The notes under the pieces were generated by a model that did not search any database, was not told the origin of the DNA, and saw only the letters and a program-made list of their open reading frames with translations. A DNA stretch of 51,301 bases, from the sequence record SRR22947727_3704, one strand, 5' to 3'. The position numbers were made by a program, and so were the translations under genes. This document shows positions 38,890 through 50,441 of the stretch, in pieces; within the stretch, counting starts at the first letter, position 1; every line of letters starts with the position of its first letter.

Positions 38890-39465
38890 ATGAGCATAGA
38901 TAAATCTCTTTTGAAAAGAGCCAATGAGCAGTGCGAATGTTGTAATGCTACAGAAAAATTAGTGGTGTATGAACTGCCAGCATCTGCCACGAGTGGCCTA
39001 GAGGCCCAACTACTACTTTGTGAAAAATGTATTTCAGAAGCAGACGCAGAAGAGAGAGATCAAAACCATTGGCGCTGTTTAAATGACAGTATGTGGAGTG
39101 AAGTGCCTGCCATGCAAGTATTTGCTTGGCGCATGTTACACCGCTTAAAGTCTTTTGGATGGTCTGCAAGTTTATTGGAACAAATGTACCTAGATGAAGC
39201 GCTTTTAAGCTGGGCAGCCGCTGCTGGAGATGGGGAAGAAAAACCAGATGCGGTCATTCACAGAGATGTAAATGGTGTTGTTTTAGAAGCTGGAGATTCA
39301 GTGGTGCTTATTAAGGACTTAAAAGTAAAAGGCAGCAGTATGGTTGCCAAACAAGGGACTGCGGTAAGGCGCATCTCTTTGGATAGAGAAAATGCCCAAT
39401 ATATTGAAGGCAAAGTGGGCGGACAAACCATTGTACTTATTACAGAATACGTCAAGAAACTCTAA
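38890..39465 (+). CDS. PhnA/YjdM-domain zinc-ribbon protein
   Basis: CECC and CEKC zinc ligands; DVNGVVLEAGDSVVLIKDLKVKG C-terminal domain. Confidence 0.85.
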   Translation: MSIDKSLLKRANEQCECCNATEKLVVYELPASATSGLEAQLLLCEKCISEADAEERDQNHWRCLNDSMWSEVPAMQVFAWRMLHRLKSFGWSASLLEQMYLDEALLSWAAAAGDGEEKPDAVIHRDVNGVVLEAGDSVVLIKDLKVKGSSMVAKQGTAVRRISLDRENAQYIEGKVGGQTIVLITEYVKKL

Positions 39466-40256
39466 CGTACCTTGGCCCTTTTAATGAGCTTGGCAAACAA
39501 GCCTGGGAAGTACCTTTTCACATAAGCCGCATAACTTTCACGGCCTATATAGACTTCTCTTTTGCCATGCTTTAATGCGTTGATTATTTTTTTGGCGCAT
39601 TGTTCCGCGCTAATCCCATTGGCTTGTGCCTGATCCATAATACCTATAGCCTCTCCGTTGGGACCCAAGGCATTTACGGAGACCTGTGTTTTAACAAAAC
39701 CTGGCGCTAACAAGCTAACAGAAATACCACTGTCTTCTAATTCAGCCCTTAGGGAATCAAAAAAACCGTGCAATGCGTGTTTAGAGGCAGCATAGCCAGA
39801 CCTATATGGCGAGGGAATTATACCGGTAAGACTGGTGACTACCCCAAAGTGTCCGCGTCCATTTTTCAGCATGGAGGGTAAGATTGCTTTAGTGAGACTG
39901 ACCGTGCCCAAGTAGTTTGTGTCTATGAGTTTTTTGTCTACTGAGAAGTCAGTGTCTTTGACAAGTGAACGCTGGCTAATTCCTCCATTGTGAATGAGAA
40001 GGTCAACAGCCCCCACTTTTTCAAGCACCTCTGCCACCTTTTTTTTATGGCTTTCCGTGTCTTCAAGATCCAGTATTTGCAGGTGAATACGGGCGTTTTT
40101 ATGACACAGTTCCTCAGCTTCTTCCAAGGTTTTTTCTCTTCTTGCAGAAAGAATTAAGGTACAGTCTTGAGAAGAGATTTCTTTGGCCAATGCCAAGCCT
40201 ATTCCAGAAGAGGCTCCGGTGATCCAAATGGTTTTGTTTTTGAAAAATGCGCTCAT
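39462..40256 (-). CDS. SDR oxidoreductase (DHRS7-like)
   Basis: WITGASSGIG, GISQRS, YAASKHALHGFFDSLR. Confidence 0.9.
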   Translation of the reverse strand: MSAFFKNKTIWITGASSGIGLALAKEISSQDCTLILSARREKTLEEAEELCHKNARIHLQILDLEDTESHKKKVAEVLEKVGAVDLLIHNGGISQRSLVKDTDFSVDKKLIDTNYLGTVSLTKAILPSMLKNGRGHFGVVTSLTGIIPSPYRSGYAASKHALHGFFDSLRAELEDSGISVSLLAPGFVKTQVSVNALGPNGEAIGIMDQAQANGISAEQCAKKIINALKHGKREVYIGRESYAAYVKRYFPGLFAKLIKRAKVR

Positions 40257-40355
40257 GACAATAATTTTATCTGCAATTTATCAATATTTTATCACAACTA
40301 AGACCGCAATAACTTTAGGTTTTTTTATATTTAATGAAACCTAATTTTTTTTGAT

Positions 40356-41948
40356 ATGAAACCAATCACTGCTTTTTTTGTCAGCTTATCGCTACTAGCT
40401 TCTTTTTCCCTATTGGGTCAAGAGAATATCACTCCTGAAAAAAATGAGGCACTTAAAACATTGGCTATACAGTGGGTGCAAGACAATGAGAAACTGAGTC
40501 AGGTAATGGTAGACAAAATATTTAGCTTTTCAGAATTGGGATTCCAAGAAGAAGCCTCTTCAAAGTACCTAACAGATCTTTTAAAAAAAGAGGGGTTTAC
40601 AATAGAGTACGGGGTCTCAGGTATACCAACTGCCTGGTTTGCTAGATGGTCAAATGGCCCAGGTCCAGTAATTGCTTTAGGTAGCGATGTGGATTGCATT
40701 CCAAAGGCCTCTCAGTACCCTGGAGTGGCTTATCACAAGCCAATTGTTGAGGGCGCACCTGGTCACGGAGAGGGGCATAATGCAGGAATTCCTTTAAATA
40801 TTACTGCTGCTTTTTCAGTTCAAAAAATTATGAAAAAAGAAAAAATTGGAGGTACACTAGTCTTGTGGCCTGGAATTGCAGAGGAATTAGTAGCTGCCAA
40901 AGCATGGTACACTAGAGATGGTTTATTCGACAATATTGATTTATGTATTTTCACCCATGTGAGTAGTAATATGGGTGTCTCTTGGGGCCAATCTTCAGGG
41001 ACTGGTTTAATTTCAGTAGCATACACTTTTGATGGAGAGGCTGCTCATGCAGCAGGCGCTCCGTGGAGAGGTAAAAGCGCTTTAGATGCTGCAGAACTCA
41101 TGAATATTGGGTGGAATTATAAAAGAGAGCACTTAGATCCTTTAAAAAGATCTCACTCTATTTTTACAGATGGAGGTGACCAACCTAATGTTGTCCCTTC
41201 TAAAGCGACAATTTGGTATTATTTTAGAGACGTTACTTACCAAGGAATCATGGAAATGTATGCCACAGCAAACGATATTGCTAAAGGCGCCTCACTCATG
41301 ACAGGAACAGAGGTAAATAGTGAGATTTTAGGAACTGCTTGGCCCAGACATTTTAATAAGGTTATTGCCGAAACAATGGATGCCAATATTCAAAGTATAG
41401 GTTTGCCCACTTGGTCAGAAGCAGATCAGACGCTTGCAAAAGCGGTTCAAAAAGAAGTATCCTCTAAAACTACAGATGGCTTAGCGACCACTTTAAAAGG
41501 CATTCAGCCTCCTGTAGAACAGCCAGTAAGTGGGGGAAGTGACGACATTGGGGACGTTTCTTGGACAGTACCTACTGTCACGCTTCGTTTTCCGTCTAAT
41601 ATTCCGGGTCTTCAAGGCCACCATTGGAGCAACGCAATTGCAATGGCTACGCCCATCGCTCACAAAGGAGTTACTGCTGGAGCTAAGGTAGTTGCTGCAA
41701 CTGTTTTAGACTTGCTCTTGAAACCTGAATTGGTTAAAGAGGCTTGGACCTATTTTGACGAGGTTCAGACCAAAGAAACCAAGTACACGCCAATGATTAC
41801 TAAGCAGGACGCACCACCAATCTATTTGAATAAAAATATCATGGAACAATATAAACCTGCTTTGAAAACTTTTTACTACAACGAAAAAAAGTACGACACT
41901 TATTTAGAACAACTGGGGGTGAGTTATCCTACTTTAAAAAAAGAATAG
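40356..41948 (+). CDS. M20 amidohydrolase, AbgB-like, exported
   Basis: ELGFQE, GHGEGHN, AEE, AHAAGAPWRG, QPNVVP, GSDDIGDVSW; signal peptide. Confidence 0.85.
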   Translation: MKPITAFFVSLSLLASFSLLGQENITPEKNEALKTLAIQWVQDNEKLSQVMVDKIFSFSELGFQEEASSKYLTDLLKKEGFTIEYGVSGIPTAWFARWSNGPGPVIALGSDVDCIPKASQYPGVAYHKPIVEGAPGHGEGHNAGIPLNITAAFSVQKIMKKEKIGGTLVLWPGIAEELVAAKAWYTRDGLFDNIDLCIFTHVSSNMGVSWGQSSGTGLISVAYTFDGEAAHAAGAPWRGKSALDAAELMNIGWNYKREHLDPLKRSHSIFTDGGDQPNVVPSKATIWYYFRDVTYQGIMEMYATANDIAKGASLMTGTEVNSEILGTAWPRHFNKVIAETMDANIQSIGLPTWSEADQTLAKAVQKEVSSKTTDGLATTLKGIQPPVEQPVSGGSDDIGDVSWTVPTVTLRFPSNIPGLQGHHWSNAIAMATPIAHKGVTAGAKVVAATVLDLLLKPELVKEAWTYFDEVQTKETKYTPMITKQDAPPIYLNKNIMEQYKPALKTFYYNEKKYDTYLEQLGVSYPTLKKE

Positions 41949-41956
41949 TTTCACTA

Positions 41957-42475
41957 TTAACCCTTCCATAATGATTCAATACCGCTTAGAGACACCCTAT
42001 TTCTAAGGAGTTTAAGGCGTTGTTTGAAGTATTTTTTTTGGGAAGCACTGCCTTGTTTGGAGACGGTTTTTTGTATTCTTTGAAATACTTTAATGCCAGC
42101 GGATCCTTTGAATTGATATGGATTTACTTGAAAGATAAAACTGTTGAGGTGTCTTTTCCAGGCCAAGGCCGATGCCTTTTCGTTTCCCAATACACCCATT
42201 GTGACCCTTTTGAAAAACCGAGGGTCATTTGAGGTGTCTATGAGTCGCTCTGGGTGGAGTTTTTCCATCTCTAAAAAATGGTTCACCCAAAGGGATAAGG
42301 TTTCTGTGGTTTGGGTTTTTTTAGTAAAAATAAAAACCCCAAGGACACTGTTAAAAACAAAAGGGGTATAGGAGAGTTGTTGGGCCAAATAGGCTTGTAA
42401 TTGGCCTTGTTTTGGTCTGTCCAAAAACAAGGCCTTACAATCTTTGGGCGGTTTAATAACCAGTTTGCAAACCAC
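41957..42475 (-). CDS. Hypothetical basic protein downstream of katG
   Basis: 172-aa frame fills the gap; GTG start 8 nt after the katG stop; no motif recognised. Confidence 0.45.
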   Translation of the reverse strand: MVCKLVIKPPKDCKALFLDRPKQGQLQAYLAQQLSYTPFVFNSVLGVFIFTKKTQTTETLSLWVNHFLEMEKLHPERLIDTSNDPRFFKRVTMGVLGNEKASALAWKRHLNSFIFQVNPYQFKGSAGIKVFQRIQKTVSKQGSASQKKYFKQRLKLLRNRVSLSGIESLWKG

Positions 42476-42483
42476 CTGATTAC

Positions 42484-44706
<2,223 letters not shown>

Positions 44707-44759
44707 TTATTAGACCACAACAAGTTATATTAGATTTAGGTATGAAAAGAATAAAACCT

Positions 44760-44774
44760 ATTGTTTTTTCTTAT
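44760..44774. promoter_or_regulatory. Possible OxyR/LysR site (one dyad) upstream of katG
   Basis: ATTG-N7-TTAT (T-N11-A) resembles ATAG-N7-CTAT; degenerate and in AT-rich DNA. Confidence 0.25.
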
Positions 44775-44798
44775 AATGAAATTGAACGGCTTTATAAA

Positions 44799-45230
44799 CT
44801 ACAACCTGTTGTAATCTGGTTTCCAGTTTTTAATAGCCATTTTAATCTCTTTTTGGGTCAATTGTTCTTTAATTGCTCGGTCTATTAATGGCAAAAATTC
44901 CTCATCTGGCGCAAAGCGGAGGGCAATGATTTGTCTCATTCGAAGTTCTGTGGGCAACAATTTCCCGGTGAGTACGTAATGTCTCAAGCTTTCTTCTGCT
45001 CTTATAGCCCTGTCTTGTGCTTTTAAGGGGAATTGTCTGGTGTACCACATCATGACAACAAATATCCAAGAGGTTAAAATAAATAAGGTAGCAGGGTAGG
45101 CGTGTCCTTCTTCTGCCAATAATAAGTAACTCACACCACCGCCTAAAAGGGCGAGTATGCTTAAAAATAACAATCCGTGAAATCCTTTGATTAGTATGGG
45201 ATGGTTTTTAAAATTTTGTTCCGTTTTCAT
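44799..45230 (-). CDS. DUF6526-like small membrane protein
   Basis: QNFKNH start, two TM helices, QDRAIRAEE, ALRFAPDEE, IKNW..DY.R. Confidence 0.7.
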   Translation of the reverse strand: MKTEQNFKNHPILIKGFHGLLFLSILALLGGGVSYLLLAEEGHAYPATLFILTSWIFVVMMWYTRQFPLKAQDRAIRAEESLRHYVLTGKLLPTELRMRQIIALRFAPDEEFLPLIDRAIKEQLTQKEIKMAIKNWKPDYNRL

Positions 45231-45234
45231 ATAT

Positions 45235-45274
45235 AGGTTTTACCCAAAAATAGAATAAATTTTGGGTAAAACCT
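45235..45274. repeat. 15-bp perfect inverted repeat in a divergent intergenic region
   Basis: AGGTTTTACCCAAAA-N10-TTTTGGGTAAAACCT. Confidence 0.8.
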
Positions 45275-45407
45275 TTTTTAGACCTACGGAAGTTTGCGTC
45301 TTATTTACACCCCATTGTTTTTTTCAAATCTCAAGGATTTGTTCCCAAAGACAATAGGGTAACACACCGCCTGTATTTATAGTATCTTTAGGCTAAATAA
45401 TGACTTT

Positions 45408-46145
45408 ATGAGATCTAGTATTTCCTTTTTGTGTCTGCTTTTCTTTGTAGGGCTTTCTCGAGTGAATGCTCAAGAGTCCGCCAATAGCAGCACAGCAGCA
45501 GCCCCTTTGCTCGAAAAATCAATTGCCTACCACGACCCTCAAAACCTTTGGCCCCGCTTTAAGGCCGCCATGAGTATTGAGATGAAAACCCCCAATAAGC
45601 CCCTGCGGAGCACTCAAATTCACATGGACCATACCAAAGGTCGGTTTGAATTAAATGCGACCAGAGGAGATGAACATACCCAATACATATTGGGTCCCAA
45701 CCAATGTGACATATCATTTAATGATCGGAGTGAATTTACGCCCGAAGAAATTAAAACGCATCGTTTGGATTGTGCACAGGCTCAGCGGATGAAAAATTAT
45801 TACACCTACCTATATGGTCTTCCCATGAAACTCAAAGATCCAGGGACTCAATTAGATCCTAAGGCTTACAAAAAGACCTTTCAAGGATCGGAATACTGGG
45901 TGTTAAAAGTATCCTATGCCCCTGAAGTAGGGAAGGATGTTTGGTATTTTTACCTGGACCCTAAGACCTATCAGTTGCGTCACTATCAGTTTTATCACGA
46001 CGAACAAAAAGGAGATGGGGAGTATATTTTACTTGACGGGGAAACAGCCATTGGGGGAATTAAAATGCCTAAAGACCGCGCTTGGTACACCAATTTGGAC
46101 CAAAAATATTTAGGTACGGACTATTTGAGTGCATTAGAAAAATAA
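45408..46145 (+). CDS. DUF6503-like exported protein
   Basis: Signal peptide; KSIAYHDP, YYTYLYGLPMKLKDPG, DVWYFY, GEYI. Confidence 0.7.
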   Translation: MRSSISFLCLLFFVGLSRVNAQESANSSTAAAPLLEKSIAYHDPQNLWPRFKAAMSIEMKTPNKPLRSTQIHMDHTKGRFELNATRGDEHTQYILGPNQCDISFNDRSEFTPEEIKTHRLDCAQAQRMKNYYTYLYGLPMKLKDPGTQLDPKAYKKTFQGSEYWVLKVSYAPEVGKDVWYFYLDPKTYQLRHYQFYHDEQKGDGEYILLDGETAIGGIKMPKDRAWYTNLDQKYLGTDYLSALEK

Positions 46146-46164
46146 AATGCAAGTATTGCTTAGC

Positions 46165-46198
46165 ATAAAAAAAGGCCCTCAAGAGGGCCTTTTTTTAT
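46165..46198. terminator. Bidirectional intrinsic terminator
   Basis: ATAAAAAAAGGCCCTC-AA-GAGGGCCTTTTTTTAT between convergent genes. Confidence 0.9.
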
Positions 46199-46201
46199 CG
46201 C

Positions 46202-48730
46202 TTATTTATTTTGAGGGACATCCCTATTCATCTGTAGCAGGTCTACCTCTTTGGCTGTTACCCCTAAAAGGTGTTTGCTAAAATGGTCTGCACGAAGCCA
46301 AAAAGCGTACTCTGTCATATTACCAAAGCCGTGTCTCTGACCAGGGAGTAATTTAAAGTCAAAGCGTTTGTGGGCCTTAATCAATGCGTTGGCCATGCGA
46401 ATGGTAGCGCCAGGGTGAACGTTGTTGTCTATATCTCCAGTCACCAAAAGCAATTGCCCCTTCAGATTTTCTGCCAAAGATTGGTTTTTGTCAATGTCGT
46501 ATTGGTAACGCACTTCTCCCTTTTCATCCATTTCTTCTAAAACCCCGTGATGGGTTTCACTCCACCAGGAATTGTACATAGAATTGTCATGGTTTCCAGC
46601 CGCAGAAACGGCCGCTTTAAAGAAATCTGGGTAAACCAACATAGCTGCAGTAGACATAAAACCACCACCAGAGTGTCCAAAAATCCCCACCTTATTGATG
46701 TTGATAAAAGCATGGCGGTTGGCCAGCTGTTCTGCCACATATTTTTTGTCTGCCAAGCCATAGTCTCTCAGGTTGCCATAACCGTAATTGTGGTACCACT
46801 TTGATCGATCAGGGTGCCCCCCTCTATTTCCCATGGTAGCCAACACAAACCCCAATTGGGCCATGCGATCCAAGCGATCCATTCTCACAGAAAAGGCCTT
46901 GTTCACAGCCTCTGTCTGAGGCCCAGGATATACGTATTCCAAAAGCGGATACTGCTTGTTTTCATCAAAATCAAAGGGCTTGTAAAGCACCCCATAAATA
47001 TCTGTAATGCCGTCGTCTGCCTTTACTTTGAAGGGCTCAGGAAATTGGTAGCCAGCGTCAAATAGTGCAGATAAATCTGCAGTTTCCAAATCTAGCACCA
47101 ATTGCCCAGAAGCATTTCTCAATTCAGATTTAGGAGCGGTATTGACCCTAGAATAATTACTCACAAAATAATTGTGCTTGTCAGAAGGACGGGTGCTAGA
47201 CGTAAAATCTCCAGGATTTAAGGCCTTAGGTGTTCCACCACCTAAAGGTACTGCATAGAGGTGTTCATAATAAGGATCCAGTCCTTTTTGCAGCCCGTGT
47301 GCAGTGAAATAAAGCATTCCAGATTTTTCATCTACCCCGCTCACTCTCTCTGAGTGAAAAGGCCCTCGGGTAATTCTATTGCGCAGGGTGCCGTCTGAAT
47401 TGTACAGATAAAAATGAGCCCAACCGTCGCGTTCAGACCAATGAATCATTTGGGTTTCATTGTTTAACAGCACCAAATCTCTAGATTCAATATAGGTGTT
47501 CATGCGTTCCTCAATGAGCACTTTCACCGTGCCGGTTTTAATATCTGCCACACAGACTTCCATCTTTTTACGGTCCCGGCTAATGACATTAAAGTAAATT
47601 TTCTCCTTTTTAGACAAGAGTAGGCTGGGTCTAAAATCATCGTCGTAGTTAGAAGGGAGGCTCGGGCGGCTATAGACGTCAAGACTCTGCTGTCTCAGCG
47701 TGTCCAAAGCGATCTTTTTATGGGTTTTAGAGGGAATGTCAAACACCAGAAGTTCCCTTTTGTAAAACTCCTGTTCCCCAGGCATATGGTACTTATAGGT
47801 TTCCAGCGTAGGCCTTTTGTCTGCTATTGAATTAATGACCCAAAGGTCTTTAATCGCCCTACTATCTGTCTTTTGGAAGACAAATTTTTCGCCATTATCT
47901 GTCCAATGTCCATAGACGTATTTACGGTCTTTTTTTTCTTTTTCAACCTCCTCATTGTCTTTTCCCCTGCTCCCTCCACCGTAGCCAAAGTGCTCCTCGC
48001 CGTCAGTGGTCCATTGGTTTTCTACAATAGTGGAATCTTTCACATTTTTTACTGCTTTAAGGAAGTTTTCCTTGTCCATCCAATAGAGGTTGTACTCCTT
48101 AGAAAACAGAACCACTGAGGAATCCGGGGCAATATTGGCCCATTTTTTATAGTCCTTTTTAGCCTCCTTTTCGTGGCTAATGACCTTGAGTCCGTTCCCC
48201 CCAAGCGTGTACTCTAAAAGAAATACCTTCTTTTCTTTTTTAGCCTTTTTTTGGCCTTTGGCCAATGCTTTATTACCTTCCCCTTCTTTGTCTTTTACAT
48301 CAGAGCTGTCTTTTACTACAGCAACGAGTTCCGAGGAAGTGACCCTAAAGCGAATGGCCCGCTCCTTGTTTACAAACTCAAAATTAAATTTTGGCAGGTG
48401 TTGCCCATCATAAGGATCATTGGTAATTTCAGTGAGCCAAGCTGCCATTTGATCATTGTTGAACAATTTGGTTTTGCTGCGCTTGTCTGCATCTACTAGG
48501 TAATAATTAGATCCTTCTGTGGTTTTGTATTGGTACCAGAACCTATTGCCATTCTTTAACCAGTGGGGGCTCACCTCTGTAGAATGGACCATTTTAGCCA
48601 ATTGGGTGGGGGAAAATTTAGCCGCTAGATCATAATTAGGTTGGGGGGTCTCTTGTGCCTCAGTTCTGCTAAAATTCACCATTAAGCAAAAAATAAATAG
48701 GAAGGCTTTGGTGTAAAAAAATGATTTCAT
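46202..48730 (-). CDS. S9B dipeptidyl peptidase IV-family protein
   Basis: WSERDGWAH propeller region, YPGP, GHSGGG, DNNVHP and QRH catalytic triad motifs. Confidence 0.9.
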   Translation of the reverse strand: MKSFFYTKAFLFIFCLMVNFSRTEAQETPQPNYDLAAKFSPTQLAKMVHSTEVSPHWLKNGNRFWYQYKTTEGSNYYLVDADKRSKTKLFNNDQMAAWLTEITNDPYDGQHLPKFNFEFVNKERAIRFRVTSSELVAVVKDSSDVKDKEGEGNKALAKGQKKAKKEKKVFLLEYTLGGNGLKVISHEKEAKKDYKKWANIAPDSSVVLFSKEYNLYWMDKENFLKAVKNVKDSTIVENQWTTDGEEHFGYGGGSRGKDNEEVEKEKKDRKYVYGHWTDNGEKFVFQKTDSRAIKDLWVINSIADKRPTLETYKYHMPGEQEFYKRELLVFDIPSKTHKKIALDTLRQQSLDVYSRPSLPSNYDDDFRPSLLLSKKEKIYFNVISRDRKKMEVCVADIKTGTVKVLIEERMNTYIESRDLVLLNNETQMIHWSERDGWAHFYLYNSDGTLRNRITRGPFHSERVSGVDEKSGMLYFTAHGLQKGLDPYYEHLYAVPLGGGTPKALNPGDFTSSTRPSDKHNYFVSNYSRVNTAPKSELRNASGQLVLDLETADLSALFDAGYQFPEPFKVKADDGITDIYGVLYKPFDFDENKQYPLLEYVYPGPQTEAVNKAFSVRMDRLDRMAQLGFVLATMGNRGGHPDRSKWYHNYGYGNLRDYGLADKKYVAEQLANRHAFININKVGIFGHSGGGFMSTAAMLVYPDFFKAAVSAAGNHDNSMYNSWWSETHHGVLEEMDEKGEVRYQYDIDKNQSLAENLKGQLLLVTGDIDNNVHPGATIRMANALIKAHKRFDFKLLPGQRHGFGNMTEYAFWLRADHFSKHLLGVTAKEVDLLQMNRDVPQNK

Positions 48731-48759
48731 TTTAAAAAGATAAGGATTATTTTATTTGA

Positions 48760-50346
48760 TTACTCTGCATCCCAAGCCCTAAAGGTGGGAACAATTCTGG
48801 CTTTGGTGGCTTGTTCAAAACCATAGGCCATCTCTATTAGGGTAGGCTCACTCCAAGCGGTGCCAAAGAAGGAGAGACCTACTGGCAGACCGTGCACATC
48901 TCCCATGGGAACGGTGATGTTGGGGTAGCCGGCCCAGGCGGCGGGCGAGGAGCTAGAAACATGGTAGTTGTCTCCGTTTAACCAATCAATGCTCCATGCG
49001 GGAGATCCGGTTGGGGCTACAAATCCGTCTAACTGATGGGCGGCCATGACCTTGTCTATTCCATTCTCTCTACTTCCCTTTCGAAGGGCTTCTAAATGGT
49101 CTAGGTATTCTTTGCTGTCTAGCCCTTCTTTTTCTAAGGCCATTTCTAAATAGGCTTGGTTGTAATATTTGAGTTCCACAGAATCCTGTTTGTTAAAGGC
49201 AATGAGGTCTTCTAGGTTTTTAATTTTTGCGTCCGGTCCAAGACTGGCAAAATAGTCATTTAGCCCTGCCTTGTATTCGGTGAGCATGACTTGGAAGGAG
49301 TGGCCTCCAGTGCTTCGTTCATTAATTTGATCAATTTCTATAATTTCTGCTCCCTGCGCTTTGAGTACCGCAATGGCTTTTACCGTGAGGCTGTCTGTAG
49401 TGGCATGGGTGCCAAAGGCCGCTTTAAACCAGCCAATGCGTTTTCCTTTTAAACCGTCTTTCTTGAGGTAGGGGGTATAATCTTGTAAGGCTTTGCCTTT
49501 GTTTGCGGCTGTTTTCTCATCTCTAGGATCTTGGCTGGTCAGTGGGCCTAGGGCCATTACGGCATCGGCCACGGTACGGGCCATAGGCCCTGCCGTGTCT
49601 TGGGTATAAGAAATAGGAATAATTCCCGCGCGGCTAATGAGTCCTACGGTGGGTTTAATGCCCACAATTCCATTGGCAGTTGAGGGGCAAACAATGGATC
49701 CGTTGGTTTCTGTTCCTATGGCTAAAACGGTGAGGTTGGCAGAGACAGACACCCCACTTCCGGCACTAGAACCACATGGGGTTCTGGTGAGTACATAAGG
49801 ATTTTTAGTCTGGCCATTGATTCCTGACCATCCAGAGCTAGACATTTGCCCCCTGAAATTAGCCCATTCGCTCAGGTTGGCTTTCCCCAAAATCACCGCG
49901 CCAGCAGCGCGTAATTGAGCGGCTACCTCACTGTCTTGTAGGGGCATTGAACCGGCCAAAGCGCGGGAACCCGCCGTGGTAGCCATCTGGTCCTGTGTGT
50001 CTATATTGTCTTTCAGTAATACAGGCACGCCGTGTAAGGGACCCCTGTTTTCTGGGGCTATTTGGTCTAGGGAATCGGCTATGGCCAAAGCCTCAGGATT
50101 CACGACAATGACCGACTGTAATTGCGGGCCATTATGATCTATGGCTTCTATGCGGTTGCTGTATGCAGCCATAACATCTCTGATCGTCCATTGGCCATTT
50201 TTGTAGCCTTCTTGAAGCTCAGGAATGGTAATTTCTAAAAACTGAAAATTGTTGGGGTCTGCTGTTTTAGGGGCGTCGGCTTGGTTTTGACAAGCAAAAA
50301 GCAGCAAGCTCAGTGCGGCCCATTTGGTTTTTTTAATCAATTTCAT
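48760..50346 (-). CDS. Amidase signature family lipoprotein
   Basis: LKDNID, GKANLSEWANFR, GSSAGSG, GTETNGSIVCP; lipobox LFAC. Confidence 0.92.
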   Translation of the reverse strand: MKLIKKTKWAALSLLLFACQNQADAPKTADPNNFQFLEITIPELQEGYKNGQWTIRDVMAAYSNRIEAIDHNGPQLQSVIVVNPEALAIADSLDQIAPENRGPLHGVPVLLKDNIDTQDQMATTAGSRALAGSMPLQDSEVAAQLRAAGAVILGKANLSEWANFRGQMSSSGWSGINGQTKNPYVLTRTPCGSSAGSGVSVSANLTVLAIGTETNGSIVCPSTANGIVGIKPTVGLISRAGIIPISYTQDTAGPMARTVADAVMALGPLTSQDPRDEKTAANKGKALQDYTPYLKKDGLKGKRIGWFKAAFGTHATTDSLTVKAIAVLKAQGAEIIEIDQINERSTGGHSFQVMLTEYKAGLNDYFASLGPDAKIKNLEDLIAFNKQDSVELKYYNQAYLEMALEKEGLDSKEYLDHLEALRKGSRENGIDKVMAAHQLDGFVAPTGSPAWSIDWLNGDNYHVSSSSPAAWAGYPNITVPMGDVHGLPVGLSFFGTAWSEPTLIEMAYGFEQATKARIVPTFRAWDAE

Positions 50347-50441
50347 GGGGGTGTTTGTATTTGGTGTGTTTGTATTTTAATGGGTATTATTTGTAAATGA
50401 TTCGCTTAAAGATAATAATTTATAATCCTTACCTTTAATCC

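Noticed and set aside
38890..39465. PhnA-domain gene as phosphonoacetate hydrolase or part of the ars operon
   Set aside because: It is the zinc-ribbon YjdM type, not the alkaline-phosphatase-fold hydrolase; the 70-nt gap could hold its own promoter
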